Notes under the pieces: model-generated
Databases searched by the model: none
Told to the model about the DNA's origin: nothing
The model's input: the letters and a program-made list of their open reading frames with translations, nothing else
Source of the DNA: Geosiphon pyriformis uo1
Taxonomy: Eukaryota > Fungi > Glomeromycota
DNA: 64,000 nt
Assembly (NCBI GenBank): GCA_016748015.1
Contig: JAAOMT010000786.1
Coordinates: 62,001 to 126,000 of the forward strand
Direction: 5' to 3'
Position numbers and translations under genes: made by a program
Part shown: in pieces, positions 49,754 to 62,754 of the stretch
How the letters are laid out: every line of letters starts with the position of its first letter
Position numbering within the stretch: the stretch's first letter is position 1

Positions 49754-51311
49754 ATGCCAAAAAATGCAAACCAAAAGCAAGCAGCAATCTCTTTGGAGAC
49801 TAAAAAGACTCTCTGCCAGTACAAACTAGAGCATTCTGACTACTTAGCAAATAGACTTATTGAAATATTTAATCTAAAGGTTGACTGCTTCATTGTAACA
49901 AAGATACTTGCAAAATCAGACTGATGGATTGAAAAAAATATATCTGACAACTCTGGTTAATTGACAAAGAACAAAAAAGAAATGTTTCTGAAGATAAATA
50001 ATGCACTAGAAGAATAGATGCTTAGAACACTAGCTACCAACTGCATTCTTACTGGAAAAATTTTACAAACAAAAGCCCTCAAGTTTGCTGAAAAGTATTT
50101 GGAAAAAAATAACTTTAAAACATCAGATGGTTGGTTAGAAAAGTTCAAGAAACGTCATAATTTGCACCATATTAAGATGCATGGCAAAGCAAACAGTGCC
50201 CTCTTGGAAATTTTACCAGAGGAATGAGAAAAACTGCATAAAATTATCAATAAATATGATCTAAATAATGTTACAATGCTGATGAGACAGCATTATTCTT
50301 TAAAATACCACCAAATGCAACTTTAACAACAAGATCTACCTTTGGCATCAAGCATGATAAAAGTTGAATTACCATACTTTTTGCTTGTAATAGAATAGGC
50401 AGCATTAAGTTGCAGTCTTTAATTATTGGCAAAGCCACAAAGCCACAATGTTTTTGCAATATTAATATGAATGCACTTCTAATTACTTATTATTACAATA
50501 CAAAAGCATGAATATGAACCAATATTTTTAGTAAATAGCTTAATTTATTAAATAAAAAAATGCATTACAAAAAAAAAAAATTTTGCTATTGCTTGATAAT
50601 ACTGGTCCCCATAATAGAAAACTTTCTGTATTATCTAATATTATGATTAAATACCTACCATCCAATACAACATTTCATTTGCAACCATTAGATGTAAGAA
50701 TTATTGCATCTTTTAAGACACAATATTGAAAGTTGTTTCTTTTCCATCTTATTAATCAGTATGATGGCAAAATTTTAATATCAACAGTAATATTAAAGGA
50801 TACAGTTGACTTTCTAATTGATGCATGGTTAGCAGTAACAACAACTACAATTCAAAACTGTTGGCATCATATGGGAATTCTGAATAATAGTTAAATGTTA
50901 GCCCATTCATTAAATATTGAATAAGAACTCCTATAAGAAGTACAAGTTCTTATTAAGCATGTTGATATTGACAAGCTATTGGCAATAAACTTCATTAATA
51001 TTGACAAGTTTGAACCATTATTTACTTATGCCTTAGAGAATGAAATTGTGGATCTTATTAACAACAAGTATAGTGGAAATTCTAATGCAAATAAAGATTT
51101 AGAAAGTAAATATAAAGATGAATCTTTGTTTTTGCTATCTACACATCAAGGTAAAACTGCACTTGAAGATACATTGTGCTATTGTGAAGAGCAGTATAGT
51201 GAAAAAGTTGATTCAGACTTTTTTAAAACTTTGAGAACATTAATTCATAATACTGTTCTCAAAGTTCAAGAAGAGAAAAAACAGTTGCAAATAGATAGTT
51301 TTTTTAAATAA
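49754..51311 (+). pseudogene. pogo transposase (CENP-B HTH + DD31D)
   Basis: SDGWLEKFKKRHNL, YNADET, LLLDN (D at 50595) and LQPLD (D at 50691). Confidence 0.92.
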
Positions 51312-54289
51312 AATATATATAATTAGTTATTATATTATGCATTTAATATATAGATCATGTGATAAGATATTAATTATTTTTTATAGTCCCATTTTTCTAT
51401 AGTCACCACAAATATGCTGACCAAAAGGTGTGATTATAAAGAGAGTTTACTGTAATGGCTTTTATAATATCATTTAGTCAGGCTTAGATATTGTCTTCTT
51501 TGCTAGTGAATTTTTCTAATTTGGTAATTAATATGTATGTTATTGAGATAAATAGTTATTGTTGTAATTGTTAAAAAATAGTTATTGGTACAATTAGTAG
51601 TAAATTGATTTTAATAACTAGAGATATGTTTGATTAAATAATAAGGATAAAGTTTGGATTGTTTGAATTTTGCTAAGTTTGAACAATTAAAGTTTGAATT
51701 TTCAGTTTATTTGAAATTGGGTTTTAACTATTATTTTCTTGATTACTGTTTTTTTAAAGTTCTAATAGTATTATTGGTTACAATTTAAATTCTTTAAAAT
51801 AATTATTATAGGTTCTTAATAATTTGGTTTTTTCTTGTTTATTTTGAAATAATACTCATGCTAATAATGTTTTTAATGTAAATACAACTGTTGATGTTAT
51901 TTAAATAATATTTTTAAATATGTAATGATATGATAAGTTAATGAACAAAATAACTTTTGGTTTTTTCCAAATAAATGATTGTATTTTCTTTAAAGTTTTT
52001 ACTGGAATTTATAACTTTCTTTTGTTTGCAAAAATAATAAAAATTTTTTGTTTGGTGTAGTTTTTGATTTTGTAATTTATTTTTGTAATTATTAAGATAA
52101 AACTATGATTTATAAAAAACTAATGTGTTGTAATAACTTATTGTAAAAATTTTTAATAGCAGTTTTTAAATCTTCTTAACCTTTTAAATAGTATATAATT
52201 TTTTTATTAATGTAAAAATTGAAGGCTAATTCTACTAGCCAATAATTATTTGTTAGTTCAAGATAAGTTTAGTAATGTTAAAATAAAAATTTTGCAAATC
52301 TTAAGTAATTTTTTTCTATGATTTTTTGGTCTATCACTTTTTTAAATGGTTGTTAATAGTGTTTGTTTTTTGTTAGATTATATCTTATAAAGAACACTAA
52401 ATGTTACAAATAATTATTAGAGTATTAAAATAAATAACAAACTTATAACTTGGTATTTAATAGTTATTTTTAACATTAATAATTGTTAAAAGTAGTTTCT
52501 GAAGATTTTGGTTGAGTTTTTTGTATAATAAACAGTGATTTACTTGGTAGTTGTTTTCTAAATTTTTTTTTCCAGTGTAAAAGCCAGTTTAATTTGGCAG
52601 TTATGCTCTTTTGGTAAATTATTTTTAAGTTTTTACTCTTGTTTAATAAGTCTTTTACCAGACTATTTTTGATGTTAATATTTTAAAACTTAATTTTTTA
52701 ATCAATTAATATATAACATAAAATAAAAAATAAAAAATAAAAAATAAAAGAAAATTAAAAGAAAATAAGAAAAGAAAATAAGAAATTAATATTTTGTTAA
52801 TAGTTATAATCAAAAGCTATTGGTCTAATGTAGTTAAGTAGCAAATGTTATTAGTATAAGTTGCTAATAAAATCAAAAAATAAAATTTTTACTTCAATAA
52901 AAAAAATAACATAAATTAGATAATAAACAATAATTTTATTTAATATTTAGATAATTTTATTTCAAGATATAAAATATTATTTTGTGAAAAAAGAGATAAA
53001 TTATGAATATTTTTTGTTAACTAACTAAAAACTTGTCTGAATATGAGTTGGATAAATGATATCTAAACTATTTTTTTTACTTCTAATATCACTGTTATAT
53101 ATATATAATTCTTGTTATATAAGATCTTATATATTCTTATTTTTTTTTATACTACTTTCTAGAACTGTATTTATTCTTAAACAATATGCCATAATTTTTT
53201 GAAAATATGCTCATTTTTGTAAATATGCATATTTCTGAAAATGTGCTTACATATTGAGTACTATTTTTTTATTAACTTATTTTTTTGATCTGTTTTTTCT
53301 TATTTTTCTGTACCTTTTTTCTATAAGTAATAATAAATAAAATGTTTTAATTCTAATAAAAAGAACATAATAAAAAGTGTTTTGAAAAAATTTTTTCATA
53401 AAATAATTTTGGATTATTTGGTTATTAAAAAAGAATTAATTCTAGAGCCAAATAAGATAAAACTTAAAGTTAATAAAATTATAATAAGTTAGATAAAAAT
53501 GCAAAAAATATCTCTAATGCTGCTTGATATATGGTTTTATTAATATATACTATTAAGTTATATAAAAAAAAGTGTTTTTTTTAATGTAATAAGTAAAATT
53601 AAGATAGATAAATTGGTTTTGATAATTGATAATCTGCTTAATAACAAAGCTGCTAATCTTTTTAATATATCAAATAAACTTTAAAAACATTATAATAATA
53701 TAGTAATAAAATGCTTTTTGAATTTTTTGAAATTTTGTTAGACTTTTGGCAATACTCTAATTTTTTGAAAAAAGACATGAATTTTAATAATTTCCAAGTT
53801 TTATAATTAGAATGATGTTTTTACAAATATGCAGTCTATTGTACTTATTAAGACAACTAAGAAAATTTTGTTAATAATTTTTTCAAATCATATTTTTTTT
53901 GCTTATGATAAGTTTAATATTTTTTAAAATGCCAATTTTTTAGTTTTAAAAAGTACTTTGATTTAATTTTTTATGTTTGTTATTGGTTTAATAGTAGAAT
54001 ATACTTTAAAAAAAAGCTAAAAACTTTAATTAATTCTGCAAAATATGTATAAAGCATATAATTTGGTTAATTAATATTATTTGGAAGCTAGATTAAAATA
54101 TATTAAAATGTGTAATAAGTTTATTAAGTTTTTTGAAAATATATATATAAACAAAATTAACAGAATAATAACTGATTTTGGTTTTTTAGATAATTACAAA
54201 ATACAAAATAAATTTAATTAGAGTAAAATGTTTTTTCTATTTTTTAAAGAATTTTTTATGATATATTATTGTATAAGATAAAAAAGCAT

Positions 54290-57200
54290 TGTTATTCATA
54301 AAATTAGGAATTATAATAACAGATAAAAATAGCCAATCAGAAATAGGCATAGTAAAAAAAGGAATTTCAGAATTTTTTTTGAAGAATTACAGAATTCCAG
54401 AATTCCAGAATTTTATTTAAGAAATTGCAGAATTTTTAAAAATTTTGTATAACATAAATTATATATATATAGTGAAAGTATTAAAAACAAAAAAAATAAT
54501 TCCAAAAAAATTCAATAGAGTTTAAATTAATTTAGAACAATATTTTTTCTTTTAAAAAATAGTTTTCTATAACTTGAAGTAAAATTATTTTCATATTAAT
54601 AAAATTATTTATTATTATTAAATACATGTTATTATTACTTAATTAAAAAAATATTAATCTATTTTATTCTATTCACATTCTATGTTGATAAAATTTAATA
54701 CTTAATCATACTGAACCAATAGTTTTTAATTATGATTATTAACAGAATACTAATTTTTTATGTTTTTTTTGTTTTTTTTTGTTTTGTTTTTTTGTTGTTT
54801 ACTAATTAATTAAAAGAATCAAACACTAAATATTTGATGTCAAAGATAGTCTGATAAAAAACCCAGAAAAAAAGATAAAAATTTAAGAATGACTTACCAA
54901 AAGAACATAACTGTCAGAATAAACCAGCCATTATGCTAAAAAAAAATTCACAGAAAAAACCATTAATTAAATTTTTGTTAATTATACAAAAAACTTAACC
55001 AAAACTTTTAGACTTCAAAATTTTCAAAAATTACCAACATTACCAGCTATTAAGTACTAAATAATTACCTGTAATATTTGGTGCTTTCTGTAAAGTATAA
55101 TCTAACAAAAAACCAGCACTAACATCAATCATCTAGAAAATTAGCAGACCAAAAAATCATAAAAAAAAATTATTTAGGATTTGTAAAATTCTTATTTTAA
55201 CATTACCAAATTTATTTTAAACTGATGAGTAATTATTAACCAGCAGAATTAACTTTCAATTTCTATATTAATAAAAAAAATCAAATCTTATTTGAAAAAC
55301 CAAAAAGATCCAAAAGCCACTTTTAGGAATTTTTACAGTAAACTATTACAAAATACTACACTTTTACCAAATCATCTGTTTGTACCACTAATTACAGAAA
55401 TAAACAGAGAAATTGAGCATTACACTTAACAAAAATTTTTTATTATCTTCATAGACAAAGAAAAATTACAAACTCTAGAAGAAACACCAAGGAAAATACA
55501 ACTATCTATTTAAAAGAAACCAAAAGTCATTTTATCTATTCACTTATTATATTATTATACACTAGAAAGTACTATTTACATAACATCAGCAGTCATGTCT
55601 ACAGCAGTTGTAAAAACACTATTAGCAAGAATACTATTCCAAAATAATTAGAAAAAAGCCAAATTATTAGAAACCTATAGCAATTTCTTTGAAAAATTTA
55701 AATTGTAACTAACAATATCATTAAAATTTCAATCATTATCATCTCAACCAAATTTTGGATCTACCAGTTATTAGAAAAATACTAAATTAGAAGAAAAAAA
55801 AGACTATAATCAAAGAAATAATAACCAAAATCTGATTTTAATTAATCCAAAAATTATAACTCTAATTGTTCAAATTCAGCCAAACTTAAACAATTCAAAC
55901 CTTATTCCTATTCTTTAGCAAAACTTATCTTCAATTATTGTGATTAATCCATTAGTTGTACCAATTGCTGTATCACAACAACAACAATTTGTATTAATAA
56001 CATATATATCTATTGCCAAACTAAAAAAATTTACCAACAAAGAGAACAACACTTAAGCATGGCTAAACAATGTAAAAAAAGCCATCATAGCCAATAAATA
56101 AGACAATATTAGAGCAATTCAAGCCATTCCATACTTTTTCTAAAATACTGTTAACTTGTAATATCAGAATTTTGTAAACAAACCTCAAGATTTTGACATG
56201 TTTAAAACCATGTTTTTATGACATTTCAATAATAATAATAGTCTAAATTGCTTGTTAACTAATTTTACTATGATTAAACAAAATGATATTAAAGCAGTTA
56301 CTACTTACTTAGAATGCTTTTACAGAAATCTGCACTAAATTCAGACAATTTAAGCTGACTATTTTACAGTAACACAGATTTTGAACCAGTTTATTTATGG
56401 ATTACATAGTAGTTTACTATAACAAATATGCCCAATGCATTTAAATACTTTTTAAAATACAGTAACACATGCCAGAAATTTTGAATTAGCTAAACTTAAA
56501 GCCAACTATGTCTAAGCTGTAAATTTAATTATAAATAGATTATCTGAATTGGATTTTAAACAAAAACAATTCAGTAATTTTATTAATCAGAAAATAGAGA
56601 GATATTTAGCTAGCAATTAAGCAATTTATCAGCCTTTATAACATTATGACAATTAAAAAAACTCCAATTGTTTTCAAAATTAATTGTGTTTATTATCAGC
56701 AAATTAACTATGGCAACAAAAAATACATAATTGTTATTATTGTAATAAACAAAACCATCTAAAAGCAGATTGCTGCTTTAGATTTAATAACCAATAATTA
56801 AAAAATTAATATCAAAATCTTAATTGCAGGTTTTAAACTCAGAACTATATTAACTATTTGTTATTAGAATCATACCAACCCTATTATGGACCAATGATGC
56901 AATAATCAATATATATATTTCTAATTTATTAGACTTTAGCATTAGTAATCTATTAATCACAGCCACAAATAATTTATTAATCCCAACCAATTCAAATACC
57001 ACTCCAAAATTTAGCTCAAATAACAACCAAAAATCAAAGACTGAAAATTATACACATCTAACAAAACTGGCAATCAGTAATAGTAAGGCATTAACTAATT
57101 TTTAATTTGTTAAATCAGTTATCAAGATTATGTCAATAAAGTTTAAGAAATAAGTACACTTAAAACCCAAATTTCCAAAACTATTTAAATTTCTTGGTTA

Positions 57201-57886
57201 TTCCAAAAAACAATCTATTCAATAATTTGAAAACCAATTTAATACTACTCATTAACAATATTCTATTAGCAATAGTTATTAAAGACAAATTAATTACAGT
57301 CATTTTTTCATTCGAATTTGAAAAATTCTCCACAACATTTCTTTTTAGTAGAACTACTTTTGACATCAAACTAATCACCATTATATATACTAATGGTAAA
57401 ATCAATGGCCAATCTGTTAAGCTAATTCTTAATAATAAATTAGCAAATAGTATTATCACATAACAACTTATAAACCAACTAAGTTATTGAATTGATTATA
57501 TTGCCAACACCAAAATTATCACAGCTGATAAAATGAACAAAACTCTTATTGGTAAAATTAATAACTTTTTTTTTGAAGTCAATAGTATTATTATATCCAT
57601 TAAGATTCTTGTTATAAAAGTCATACAGTACTAAGCTCTTATTGGTAATAACTGGCTATTCAAAATTAATGCCATATTCAACCAGAATACTCAAAAACTA
57701 CAGCTTAATTAAGATAGTTAGCAAACTTAAATACCAGTTATCTATAACCATTTCAAAACAAACACAACTATTCAATTACCATTAATTAAGTTTGAAAAAA
57801 AAAAAACTTACTTGGAAAGCCTATTAAGTCTTATGATTAAAGATGAACACAACAAACTGCCACCAATATTCCCTTGGGATGACAAA

Positions 57887-57918
<32 letters not shown>

Positions 57919-59258
57919 ATTGCAAGCTACCATCTCTACAAAAGAAACAAATAATAGTTAACACATTTCATACTTATTAAGACTAAAAAAAAAACCACTT
58001 TACTACTAAGATCTAGCATTTATTTGAAAAAAACAAAAGCAGTGTTTAGAACAATTAAATGCTAAATTCTGTAAACATTGTCTAATTCTCAATGACTTTA
58101 AATATTGTAATAATTATAACCTCATTTATAATCTATTATAATACATAATCTATTTAATTTTTGAAAAAAAAAAACCAATTAACAACTACATTTTGGAATC
58201 AAAATTAAAATTTAATCCCAATTTAAACTCTGATAATAATGACAACAATAGTTCTAATTTTGTTTACAATAACAATAACAATAATGATAATTCAAACTTC
58301 AATAAAAACTTTAAACAATATATTATGCTTCTAGATCTTTTATAGAAGCAGAAACTTAAATGGTTTAGTAATAATAATGAGAGTATTATGTCAAAACATG
58401 TACATAATATTGATGCTGAGTTTAATCTTAGATCTTCAGGAAAAAAAACTGCTATTAGATTGAAATTTTACTTATATATTAGTATAGATTTAGAAAATTT
58501 AAGAGATCTTAACAAAGCTCAATATTAAAAAAAAAAAATAATGTTATTTATAAAAATTAGAAATTATAATAATAAATAAAAATAGCCAATTAGAAATAGG
58601 CATAGTAAAATAACATAAATTATATATATATAGTAAGAATATTAAAAGCAGAAAAAATAATTTCAGGAAAATTCAATAAAGTTCAAATTAATTTAGAATA
58701 ATATCTTTTTTTTCAAAAGATAGTTTTCTATAACTTAAAGTAAAATTATTTTTATATTAATAAAATTATTTATTATTATCAAATTCATATTATTACTTGA
58801 TTAAAAAAATATTAATCTATTTTACTCTATCTATACTCTATATTAATAAAATTCAATACTTAAATACACTGAACCAATAGCTCTTAATTATGACTATTGA
58901 CAAAATACTAATTTTTTATTTTCTTTTGTTTTATTTCTTTATTGTTTATTAATTAATTAAAAAAGTTAAGTGTTAAATATTTGATATCAAAGATAGTCTG
59001 ATAAAAAACCCCAAAAAAAGAGTAAAAATTTAAAGATAGTTTACTAAAAAGGCATAATTGCCAGAATAAACCAGCCATTATGCTGGAAAAAAAAATTAAC
59101 AGAAGAAATTATCAATTAAATTTTTGTTTATTATATAAAAGACTTAACTAAAATCTTTAGACTTCAAAATCTTCAAAAATTACCAATATTACCAACTATT
59201 AAGCACCAAGTTATGAATTTGTTATTTGTTTTAACACTCTAAATAATCATTTATAATA
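54290..59258 (+). mobile_element. Two-LTR Gypsy family A element with RT/RH/IN deleted
   Basis: LTRs at 54290-55076 and 58542-59258, exact TSD GCAT, PBS TGGTGCTTTC at 55079, gag-PR, and the dUTPase start joined near 58490 to an ORF3-like end (...KAQY*) and PPT. Confidence 0.9.
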
Positions 59259-59668
59259 GCATAAACATTTGTATAAATATAAAATTAATATTAATTTTAT
59301 GATAAAACAAGTAAAATAAAGATTAATAAGAGAAAAACTTTTTTTTACAGCTAATATTTTTGTTAATAATATAATTTAAATAAAAAACAGTCAAACTTTG
59401 ACACAATATATTTTAAATATTGCTAGCAAGTTTTTTAAGATCAATAATATTTCTATTAACAATAATAAAACAATGACTATTTTTATTAATTGAAAGGTTG
59501 TAAATGCTTTTTTGTATATTAGTAATTAGTCAATTTTTATTGTCAAACATAATAAATCTTATAAGTACTTAGAAATTTTTTTATTAACAAAGAATATATT
59601 TAAAGTAAACTTTATTAAAACATATTTAGATGTTAAATTTTTTTCAAATTTGGTTTTCAGAAAAATGT

Positions 59669-62600
59669 TGTTACAGGTAATTATTTGGAGTGTTGAAACA
59701 AATAACAAATCTGTAACTTGGTGCTCAATAGTTGTTAATAATAATAATTTCTGAAGGTTTTTATGATCTAAAGATTTTGGTTGAATCTTTTGTATAATAG
59801 ACAGAGATTCAATTAAAGGTTTTTTTTGTGAATTTTTTTTTAGCATAGTGGCCAATTTATTTTGGCAGTTATGCTCTTTTAATAAGCTATCCTTAAATTT
59901 TTATCCTTGTTTCTAAGTTTTTTACCAGACTATCTTTGACATTAAATACTTAGTACTTAATTTTTTTTAATTAGTAAACAACAAAGAAAACAAAATAATA
60001 AAAATAAAATAAAAATAAAATAAAAAATAAAAAATTAGTATCCTATCAATAACTGTAATTAAAAGATATTGGTTTAATGTAATTAAATATTAAATTCTAT
60101 CAATATAAAGTGTTAATAGTGTAAAAATAATTAATATTTCTTTAATCAAGTAATAATAACATAGATTGGATAATAATTAGATATTTTATTAATATTGATA
60201 TAATTCTACTTTAAGTTATAAAAAACTATCTTTTGAAAAAAAAAAGTATTATTGTTTTAAATTAATCTTAAATATTTTTTCTGCTTTTAATATTTTTATT
60301 ATATATATATAATTCATATTATATAAGATTTCTTGAAATTTTTTAATTTCTTTAAAAAAAATTCTAGAATTCTGGAATTTTAAAATCCTTTAATTTTTTT
60401 TTATTATGCTTATTTTTAATTGGCTATTTTTATCTATTTATTATAATTCCTAATTTCTATAAAAAAAACTCTTTGTCTCCTTAATTTTATGACCATGACC
60501 AGAGCAAAGAGTAAAAAAGCTGCACCTGATATCTAATAAAATTTCAACCAGAGGAGCTTTCTCTGTTGTAGAAGCAACTAGGCAAAATGTTTTGGAAGCC
60601 TTCTCTTTATCCAGTAATCGTGATAAGCTGCCTTTGGTGGCTGCTAAAGCAACTTCCTCATCTTTGGCTGGTTTCTCACCAGTCAAAGTTCTCTCAAAGA
60701 GACACACTTGGATTAGTTTCAGTGTTGCCTCTACCCTGACCAAGAGCCCTAAAGTTTTTAATAACAGACCAGTAAATAAGCTGGTCTTCCCCTCTATAAG
60801 TTCAATACCTGGTGCTTCTAGTACCACTTCTTCAAAAAAAATAATCAAAAAGACCAAAAGCTCAGAAAAATGGGAAGAGTCGCTTGTCTCTGCTATTGTT
60901 ACACTGAACTTTTTTGTGGTTCCCAATGAGATCTTAAATGAGATCTCCATAGCATCATCTGGCACATCATCTAAGATGGGCTAAGATTAACCACTGGCTG
61001 TATTGCTAAACGTGGTGTCTTCCAGCAGATTATCACCAGTTTTAGAAGCAAAACAATCTCCTTTTGTTAGATTATCTGTTCTTGGGAACTGGGCTGATCA
61101 AATGGAAACTGATTCATCTCCTCCTCTAGTTTCTGGTGCTCCTTCTGGTGGTGCTTGGGAAACTATTACTAGTTGTCAAAAGTTTACTGAATGGGTGGCC
61201 TCCACTCTGGTGTCTGGTGCTACTTTTAAGATCAAATTGGCTCATGTTAAGGCTGTTTTTCAGTCTGTACATGGTTTTTTGGGTGCTAAATCTGTTTCAA
61301 AAGACAATGTAAAGCTTTTCTGTATGGAGTTTGCTTCTCAACAGTCTTTAGAAGCTGTATTTCTGGTTGAGCTTACAAGCTCTGTTTATTTGGCCACTTT
61401 TAAAATTACCAAGTCTTTGGTGGTTTCTGAATCTGGTTCCTCTTCTGCTGCTGTTGCACTGCGTGATGTACCTTTGGGTGTGTCAACTGCTGATATTAAG
61501 ATGGCTCTTAGTGTATTTGGTGAAGTTGCCTGTGTTGTGCTGAAGCCTGCTGGTGTTTGGCAGTATGTAGTTGTTTACTTTAAGAAATTGAATGCTGCTA
61601 CTGCTGTTCTCAATTATTGGTCAATTCTGATGAACAAAGATAGTGTTAGAATCCTTCCAGTTATTAATCAGAATGAGGCCATTCTGTTTCATAATAGGTT
61701 TAAGGCCAAGTTGGTCAATCTTCCTTCTGGCTGCACAGCTTTTGAAATTAGTGATATGATTTTTTGAGTTGGTGGGTGAACATGCTTCATCCCTCAATCT
61801 CCTGATTCTGGTTGTCATTCCTGGTTTGCTTTGGTTATATTTGACTCTCAAGATGATTTGGATTCTGCTGTAGTTAAGACTAGTACTCTAAGGAAATGCT
61901 GCATCTGATGGGAAACTCCTGGCTACCAGTGCTGCTTTAGGTGTTAAAAAGTAGGGCATCTGGCTGTAGATTGCAAGGTTTTCCTGTCTCCCACATCTAA
62001 GGTTCCCAAGATTTTCAAGTCTCATTTTGTGGGTTCTGCTTTATATGCTAAGACTGCTGCTCTTTTTGGTCTTTCTGAGTTTCTTCCTTTGGTGGCTCTT
62101 TTGGTTGCTTTTGCTGCTGATTTTGCTGTTAGTTCTAGATTGAACTCTTTGGAAAAGTAAATTTCAGATTTGGCTGCTCTGGTTAAGTCTATTGTTGAGC
62201 CTGTTGGTTTTTTGGTTGCTTTGGTGTTTTATCTTTTTGATGATAATGCTGTTAAGGCTGTTTAGGTTGAGAAAAATATTATTTTCATAAAGAGTGCTGC
62301 TAACAATTTTGTTAATCTCATGGTTGGAGTTTCTAAGAACATTGCTTGTTTTAGATCTGAGGTTGACTTTGGTGGTATGGATTATAATGGTATGCTGGCT
62401 GCTAAGCCTTCTTTTTTAAGTGAAGACACTATTGAGCATGTTATTGCTTTATGGCGAATATCTAGTACTGAAACCAGAAGCAATATTAAATCTACTAGAT
62501 TGTTTCTTAGTGAGTTTATTTTTGACTCTAGGAATCTGAATAGTATTATTGAGAGAATTTGTAAGTTGGGGTTATTCTTACCTACTTTTGATTCAGCATA

Positions 62601-62754
62601 GTGAGTCCTTGATTGGACTGAGTGTCTGATCATGTATAGAAAATGCATGATTTACACCTATAATGTAATCTTTTTTGTGGTATTATAGTTTTAGGTTGTA
62701 TTTGGGTCTCGCTTATTAAATAATAATAATAATAAAAATTTTCTATAAATAATA
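59669..62754 (-). mobile_element. Solo LTR, family A, split near its terminus by the ORF1-only element
   Basis: TGTTACAGG at 59669. LTR body runs to 60462 and its last bases ATAATA reappear at 62749-62754. Confidence 0.75.
60463..62735 (+). mobile_element. ORF1-only non-LTR retroposon (HAL1-like), copy B
   Basis: Same 5' start, ORF1 (60489-62601), 3' UTR and (AAT)n tail as copy A. TSD TTTCTATAA at 60454-60462 and 62740-62748. Confidence 0.88.

Larger units (their letters stand above)
47187..51452 (+). mobile_element. pogo/Tigger-type Tc1-mariner DNA transposon
   Basis: 21-bp TIRs (T/C)AGTAAACT(T/C)TCTTTATA(G/A)TC at both ends, each flanked by TA. The host gag is contiguous across the insertion. 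Confidence 0.92.
46946..53332 (-). mobile_element. Gypsy family A 5' LTR (52402-53332) and gag, interrupted by a pogo element
   Basis: LTR termini and a mutated PBS at 52390-52400. Gag segments at 51455-52380 and 46950-47184 match the gag at 55150-56350. Confidence 0.75.
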
